Of a stretch of 64,000 nucleotides of DNA, positions 55,556 to 64,000 are shown in pieces. Where the stretch lies: positions 192,001-256,000 of the IMG/VR virus record IMGVR_UViG_2974506496_000001. One strand, given 5' to 3'. The stretch is from a virus (Duplodnaviria > Caudoviricetes). The notes under the pieces were generated by a model. It worked only from the letters and a program-made list of their open reading frames with translations, did not search any database and was not told the origin of the DNA. The number at the start of each line of letters is the position of its first letter. The first letter of the stretch is position 1. Both the position numbers and the translations under genes were made by a program.

Positions 55556-55648
55556 ATTATTATATGTGTTAACGGCCCTGCAGGAAACGCGGGGCCTTAT
55601 CACAATACGATCGTATTTAATTTCATGAAATTAAGGTAGAGACTCACT

Positions 55649-57004
55649 ATGTCTATTCAAGCATTTTTAAACCTCGGCGCCGAGGCTTTCGAAGACGCAC
55701 CGGTTGTTGAAGAAGCACCGGTTGTAGTTGTTGCACCAGTACCAGAAGAAGTGATCGAGCTGATTGCCGAGCGTGATGATTCGAACATCGCCCTGGCTAT
55801 TGCTCAGGATGCGGCGGCAATGTCTGCTGCTGAGCGTCAGGTGGAAGAGTTTGCTTCCGCAATCGAGCGCGTTGAAAATGTCCAGGCATCAATGGAGCAC
55901 TTCATCGAAGCGGGCCTGTCGCAGAAATCAGCAATGATGCTGCATCGCCAGATCTCAACAGTTATGGCATCTGTCGGCAAGGATGGCAGCGCCATCGGTG
56001 GCGGTCTGGAAAACTTCGACAACGAAGAAGCCAGCATTGCACTGCTGACCGCTGGTCTGGAAGCACTGGATGCCGAGAAAGCCGATCTGTCCTCCCGTGC
56101 CGGTGCATCTATTGCCGGTATCGCTGGTAACATTAAAAGCTTTCTGGGCAACATCAGTACTCAGGCCGGTCGTTATAAACTGCGTGCTGAAGCGATCGTT
56201 AAATCTGCTGACGGCGCTGAAGCCAAGTCCGGTACTGTTGAAGTAAAAGATAAACACCTGGTTGTAAAAGGTGGCAATCCATCAACTAACCTGAAAGGCG
56301 ATCTGGGTAACTTCAGCAAGCTGGTTGGTGCGGCAATCGCTACCTTCATCGAAGGCGATATCGTTAAAGAAGGCAGCGCCCTGGCAAAAGCTGGCGAGAC
56401 CATCATTAAAGCGACTACCGCTGATGTGGCAGTGAAAGCTGCAATGGGTGTGAAACACAATCCATTCCCGGGCGCAACCATCGCAGTGCAGGACAAAGAC
56501 ACCTTCAGTATCAAACGTACTGAAGTGGTTCTCGGCGGCTATGCGGTATTCGATCTGCAATATAAAGCCACCGGCGGCGAAGGTGCTGAAGCAGCTGTTG
56601 CGCATCTGAATGCACTGAGCAAAAACCGCGTTACTCTTCGTCAGGCTCCAGTTGAAGCTGGTAGCGAGAAAGTATTCTCTGCCACTATGTCTCCGGCCGA
56701 TGGCGCAGCACTGGCGAAAGATGTTATCGCAATGCTGGACAACATCACAGCGGTCAATAACCGTAGCCTGGGTGCGGTAAGTGGTGCACTGGCCCGTCTG
56801 GGTACCAGCGTTGTGTTGAAAGGTGCTGTGGCGAAAGACGCAGACAAAGACGTGAAGAAAATTGCTGGTGCCATGGGTAAAACCCTGGTTGGTTCTATCC
56901 AGGCTGTTAACAGTCTGCCACGCGATGCCCTGAGCGCTGCGCTGAAAGTGTCTGATGCTGTACTGAAAGTTGCTAAGAAAGCTGCTGCAGGTCAAGTAGA
57001 CTAA
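55649..57004 (+). CDS. phiKZ-like internal head protein, paralog 4 (probably abundant)
   Basis: GAE-AF, SME-HF, GLE-NF and AGLE-AL sites; strongly biased codon usage; own upstream regulatory region. Confidence 0.75.
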   Translation: MSIQAFLNLGAEAFEDAPVVEEAPVVVVAPVPEEVIELIAERDDSNIALAIAQDAAAMSAAERQVEEFASAIERVENVQASMEHFIEAGLSQKSAMMLHRQISTVMASVGKDGSAIGGGLENFDNEEASIALLTAGLEALDAEKADLSSRAGASIAGIAGNIKSFLGNISTQAGRYKLRAEAIVKSADGAEAKSGTVEVKDKHLVVKGGNPSTNLKGDLGNFSKLVGAAIATFIEGDIVKEGSALAKAGETIIKATTADVAVKAAMGVKHNPFPGATIAVQDKDTFSIKRTEVVLGGYAVFDLQYKATGGEGAEAAVAHLNALSKNRVTLRQAPVEAGSEKVFSATMSPADGAALAKDVIAMLDNITAVNNRSLGAVSGALARLGTSVVLKGAVAKDADKDVKKIAGAMGKTLVGSIQAVNSLPRDALSAALKVSDAVLKVAKKAAAGQVD

Positions 57005-57024
57005 TCGAGTAACTTGACAACCTT

Positions 57025-57058
57025 AGGGGGAGAGGGGTTTCCCTCTCCTCTTATACCG
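57025..57058 (+). terminator. Hairpin with TTATACCG tail
   Basis: GGGGAGAGGG-GTTT-CCCTCTCCTC then TTATACCG. Confidence 0.75.
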
Positions 57059-57075
57059 ACCAAGAAGGTGAATGC

Positions 57076-59418
57076 ATGTCAACCATGACAGAACTGGGTC
57101 CGTCACAAGGCACACTCCTTGCGGATGAGAAAGCAGTACACGATGACGCGGCCACCGAAGCCACCGAAGTTGCACTCCACGTATTAAAGAAGATTGGTAA
57201 GAAGAAAGAGAAAGATGACGAGGATGAAGAGGTCGTGCTCTCCTTTGGTAGCGAAGGCTATGCCATGCTCACCAGTATGTCATTTGATCTGACTGAGAAC
57301 TCCGATCTGGCCGTACAGGAACTCCTGGATAAGATCACCACCATCGTCATTGAAGCAAATGGCAATCTCACGCAGAAAGATCTGGAGAAGATCAAGAGTG
57401 TGGGGAATGAGTCGTTATTAGGCGATGGGAATGAAGACTATAAAGAAGTCGTCACCATGGTCATGAAACGGATCATGCAATTCATTCGCTGGGCGATCAA
57501 CCAGGGTAAGGAAGGGATCAAACGGGTTGCTGACCGCTTGAGTCGTCTGAGCGTGAAGACGATGTATGTTGAGCGTAAGATCGATATCTCCACTGACAAC
57601 TCATTGCCGACTGACAAGTTTGTGTTACCGCGCAGCTATCCAATGCTGATGATGGTGAACAAACCACCGGCCAATGCCATGGAAGTGATTAACGCCGTCA
57701 ACCGCACCAAGTATCTCTTCACCACGCTACATAACGACTACCAAGGCTTCCAGGCGTTGTTTAAGGCAGCGGTAGCCACTGGCTCTCGGGCTGACACCTT
57801 AGAGATGATCAACAACTATCTCAACGGGTTGATCAGTAAGCTCTCAGCACGCCCTAACCCACTGTTCGATAACCGCAATACCTTTAACCAGTTACCGGGT
57901 GGGTATCGTCTGGTGTTCTCAGAAGGTCAGTCGTTTGCGGATTGTGGGGCAACGATCCTGCGTACGCCGGAGAAATACGAAGCCGCACCGGCGGTTCAGC
58001 GTCCAGATAAAGCGAGTCTGGTACGGTTGGTCAGTGAGATCAAAACCTACCTGCGGGTGATTAACGAAGTCTACGGTAAAGTCTCCAGTCGGTTGGAGGT
58101 TGATTTCCGTAACATCGTGAAAGCCGCTGAGAAAGAAGTGAAGGGGTTTGATTCAACAGCAGATATCCGCACTGCCTCGACCACCATCGAATGGTTCACC
58201 GAACAGCAGTCACGCCTGTATACCCGCTCAATGATGCTCTCTTGTACGGTATTGAATGCCGCGCTTGATTACTGTCTGGGTGCCATTGGGGCGAAACCGG
58301 CTGTCGGGACCGAAAGCTTTGATATCCTTGATACCTCATCAATGGGTTATGCGATCGAGTCGCTGGGCGAGCAAATGGAACGGCTTGACGCTGGCTTGTG
58401 TGAACTGGAGATCGATGCCCGTACTATGCAGTCGATTACCGATGTCAAAGAGATGGTAGATGTCGATAACGATCACGTCATCCAGCTTCTGATGCAACAG
58501 CGCCCAAGCAGCTATTTCAATCCACCGGATGGACTGTCAGAGTACTCGCTGGGTGATGCCTTTAACGGCAGTGCTACGGCACGTTATATTGGCAGGCGTT
58601 TAACCAGTATCGTTAACCTCACGAATCAGCTCTCAGGCACCACGGATTTGATGAAAGGGTTATTGGCTGAAATGCCAACGGGTGAGATCAAGCCAGGCAG
58701 TGATGCGGATGTAATCGAGCGTAACTCGTTGCTTGACCGGGAGATGTTTGAAGGTCATCCCCTGTGTGCGTTCCTGCATCGGGTAGACCGGGAAGGTATC
58801 TACGCCACCGATGTGATTCGCTATGTTACTGACACCTATGAGAAACTGCGTCAAGTGCGCACGACTCTGGCGGTTCAGGCTGAGCAGATGACACTAACAG
58901 TGGCTGATGGTGAGATGAACGTGAGCTTGTTGAAAGAGTTCCTGTTTAACGCCCCTCAGGAGCCCTTCACGGACAGCGTACTCTGTGGTGGATTCAGACT
59001 ACAACCTGTAGCAGAAAAGCTCGGAGAACTCGTTATACACGGTGCTGTGATGGATTCCCCTCCACCACTGAAACCGATGACGACTATCCATCGCCCAAGC
59101 TACGACGAGTATAATGGTGTCAACCAGCTGGCAAGCCTGTTCGGTAATGAACTGCGGGAACTGGCTAAGATCGCAGAGCGGCTACAAATCGGCACAGGGT
59201 ATTTGCGCTACATCACAACCTCAGTAGCGGACAACCTCAATGAGGATGGCTTGAAAGGGGGTGGTGATGGTTGGTTCAATACTGCACTTGAGTACTTGGC
59301 GGTGTCAGCACGCCAGTATCGCTGGATGTATCGCCTAACTGTTCAGTTGGCGGTGTATGAACACACCATGATCAATGCCCTGCGTCACTACAACAACTCA
59401 GGAGGCTGGCATGACTGA
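57076..59418 (+). CDS. Large internal head protein, possibly two tandem modules
   Basis: 780 aa; GSE-GY, GNE-SL and GNE-DY near the N-terminus, and GTE-SF and AIE-SL mid-protein. Confidence 0.65.
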   Translation: MSTMTELGPSQGTLLADEKAVHDDAATEATEVALHVLKKIGKKKEKDDEDEEVVLSFGSEGYAMLTSMSFDLTENSDLAVQELLDKITTIVIEANGNLTQKDLEKIKSVGNESLLGDGNEDYKEVVTMVMKRIMQFIRWAINQGKEGIKRVADRLSRLSVKTMYVERKIDISTDNSLPTDKFVLPRSYPMLMMVNKPPANAMEVINAVNRTKYLFTTLHNDYQGFQALFKAAVATGSRADTLEMINNYLNGLISKLSARPNPLFDNRNTFNQLPGGYRLVFSEGQSFADCGATILRTPEKYEAAPAVQRPDKASLVRLVSEIKTYLRVINEVYGKVSSRLEVDFRNIVKAAEKEVKGFDSTADIRTASTTIEWFTEQQSRLYTRSMMLSCTVLNAALDYCLGAIGAKPAVGTESFDILDTSSMGYAIESLGEQMERLDAGLCELEIDARTMQSITDVKEMVDVDNDHVIQLLMQQRPSSYFNPPDGLSEYSLGDAFNGSATARYIGRRLTSIVNLTNQLSGTTDLMKGLLAEMPTGEIKPGSDADVIERNSLLDREMFEGHPLCAFLHRVDREGIYATDVIRYVTDTYEKLRQVRTTLAVQAEQMTLTVADGEMNVSLLKEFLFNAPQEPFTDSVLCGGFRLQPVAEKLGELVIHGAVMDSPPPLKPMTTIHRPSYDEYNGVNQLASLFGNELRELAKIAERLQIGTGYLRYITTSVADNLNEDGLKGGGDGWFNTALEYLAVSARQYRWMYRLTVQLAVYEHTMINALRHYNNSGGWHD

Positions 59419-59758
59419 TAACAGTAACAAGGCGTTGTATAATGCAGCGCGCTTGCCTGTTCTTTACGAGTACCCGCATGACTTCACCCCGTATGCCCGT
59501 TTACTGGCTAACGAGAAGCAAGGCGCACAACCTTCGCAGGCGTTTGCTGAGATGCTGGCTAAGGTAACGGGTGATCCCTGGACACTGACCCCTAAGCAAC
59601 CGTATACCCTGTACGGTGCCAAGGTGACGTTGATTGGTGAGAACCAGCCCAACTTCCCAACCAGTAAACGGTTTCCTTACGTCCTGGTGTTGCAGTTGAG
59701 TACCAGGTATCAAGAACGCAAGTTATACCTGAGCTTTAAGATCTTGAAATCGAGCTGA
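59411..59758 (+). CDS. Small putative virion protein
   Basis: Start moved to ATG 59411 (GGAGG RBS). Confidence 0.55.
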   Translation: MTDNSNKALYNAARLPVLYEYPHDFTPYARLLANEKQGAQPSQAFAEMLAKVTGDPWTLTPKQPYTLYGAKVTLIGENQPNFPTSKRFPYVLVLQLSTRYQERKLYLSFKILKSS

Positions 59759-59795
59759 GCATAAGGAGAGGGCAAACGCCCTCTCCTCTATGCCG
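59757..59795. terminator. Bidirectional hairpin at a convergent junction
   Basis: GAGCATA-AGGAGAGGGC-AAAC-GCCCTCTCCT-CTATGCCG. Confidence 0.85.
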
Positions 59796-60497
59796 TTATG
59801 CTTGTGGTGCTTCGCCACTGCCATCAGCTGGCGTGGTTTCATCTTCACTGAACGTATTGGGAATACGAGGCAGATCACCAATCACAGTTGCGGAGGTTAC
59901 CGCGTTCTTGAAAGTCCAGTAACGCTCAAGGTACGCATTATAAGACTCCAGCAGACGCTCAACCACGTCGATCACTTCAACCGGTAAGAGTTCAACCATT
60001 TGACCGTCAACAGTACGCAGACGAAATTTGGTTTCATCGGAGGCCCCGACGCGTTTCTCACCGACCACACGCATGCCCATCAGGTTAGCGCGTTCTTCAG
60101 CAGTCATCACCACTTTATAGTCTGTGCTTTCATGAGTAAATGCAATGCCGTTGTTAAGATCATTACTGATGATCTCTTTGGCACTTTGCAGTGACATGTC
60201 TTTACCCATTGCCAGGTTGGCTGCGAGCTCTTCTTCATTATAAGCCCGCACATCCCAGAATTGGTAATAAAGACCGTCATCACCTTTAACCGGTGTACCT
60301 TCGGTCACCACATCGCCATCCGGTCGATCAACCATGTTGACCATGGCGTAAGGACGAGGAAGGTTCAGCAGCTTCTCAGACTCGATGGTGCTACCCCAGC
60401 TGGTCTGCATGTTGTCCTGACGGGCATCATACATGTACTTCGGGTAAGCCATATCCTCGATACGGACGAGGGGTGTAGAATTCGTTACTGTAGTCAT
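59796..60497 (-). CDS. Putative tail fibre assembly/chaperone protein
   Basis: Directly downstream of the fibre gene; EGTPV...YQFWDVR motif and a DUF4376-like C-terminal region; AAGGAG RBS. Confidence 0.55.
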   Translation of the reverse strand: MTTVTNSTPLVRIEDMAYPKYMYDARQDNMQTSWGSTIESEKLLNLPRPYAMVNMVDRPDGDVVTEGTPVKGDDGLYYQFWDVRAYNEEELAANLAMGKDMSLQSAKEIISNDLNNGIAFTHESTDYKVVMTAEERANLMGMRVVGEKRVGASDETKFRLRTVDGQMVELLPVEVIDVVERLLESYNAYLERYWTFKNAVTSATVIGDLPRIPNTFSEDETTPADGSGEAPQA

Positions 60498-60514
60498 TAC
60501 GACTCCTTGAAGAA

Positions 60515-60536
60515 TGCTGGGGCTTTCACCCCAGCA
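60515..60536 (-). other. Intergenic hairpin between fibre and chaperone genes
   Basis: Minus strand TGCTGGGGT-GAAA-GCCCCAGCA; no long U tract or TATG tail. Confidence 0.5.
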
Positions 60537-60545
60537 CAGACGCCG

Positions 60546-63644
<3,099 letters not shown>

Positions 63645-63703
63645 TACAAACCTCTTTTAGTAACTATATTGCTGTTTAGTGTAAACGGGTTCACACTCGT
63701 GTG

Positions 63704-64000
63704 TTATGCCACGCTTTCAAGCTTCAGTGGCTGGCCGTCTTCAGTTGTGAGCCATTGACCACTTTCAGTCAGCAGGACAGGCTGCTGCGTCGCACCGGTG
63801 TTAATCAGCACCGCAAGGGTACCTTCATAGACGAGGCTACCTTGGAAGACGATGTCGTGCATGATACGACCTTCGCTGTCCGTGTTGTTCGCGTCAATGG
63901 TGCGATCTGAAATGTCATTGGCTGTGACCTGCAAGCCGTAACGACCGTTTAACGTCGCCAGCAGATCTTTAGTTGTGGATGGAGTACTAACAGTGAGTTC
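63704..64000 (-). CDS. 3' part of a putative virion protein starting beyond the window
   Basis: Frame stays open to base 64000 (ELTVSTPSTTKDLLATLNGRYGLQ...); C-terminal LLTESGQWLTTEDGQPL repeat. Confidence 0.65.
   Translation of the reverse strand, partial: ELTVSTPSTTKDLLATLNGRYGLQVTANDISDRTIDANNTDSEGRIMHDIVFQGSLVYEGTLAVLINTGATQQPVLLTESGQWLTTEDGQPLKLESVA

Noticed and set aside
56282-56995. 237-aa antisense ORF over a head paralog
   Set aside because: Expected from strong codon bias in the sense gene; no RBS or recognisable motif.

Overview
This window looks like a 64-kb segment of a phiKZ-related, nucleus-forming jumbo phage (Chimalliviridae-like), with roughly balanced GC and dense coding. 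Family assignments come from motif recognition and remembered phiKZ gene order, not from database searches. Layout: (1) 0-15.9 kb core block with an SbcD/Mre11 nuclease, an SSB-tailed protein, the non-virion RNA polymerase (nvRNAP) gp68-like subunit, a PicA/Imp1-like nuclear import factor, a protein with a Q/P/M-rich tail, nvRNAP beta-C and beta'-C subunits and an SF2 helicase. (2) 15.9-23.7 kb accessory genes. (3) 23.7-29 kb with a putative tail/baseplate assembly chaperone and a virion RNAP beta' fragment. (4) 29-34 kb accessory island with a Tad2/DUF2829-like protein and paralog arrays. (5) 34-39.8 kb with an LCCL-like pair, a Gly-rich protein and the exonuclease half of a split family-B DNA polymerase. 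(6) 39.9-59.8 kb head/inner-body and baseplate genes carrying repeated [AGS]-x-E maturation sites. (7) 59.8-64 kb collagen-like fibre module. The most notable signals are a family of 14 intergenic hairpins with a strand-oriented TTATGCCG-like tail that follows transcription direction, a T-TTT-TTT -1 slippery site that would fuse the putative chaperone to a downstream ORF lacking a good start (lambda G/GT-like), a prion-like Q/M/P tail next to the PicA-like gene, tandem LCCL-like proteins, and a collagen fibre with a T4-foldon-like motif. No rRNA, tRNA or CRISPR array was seen.
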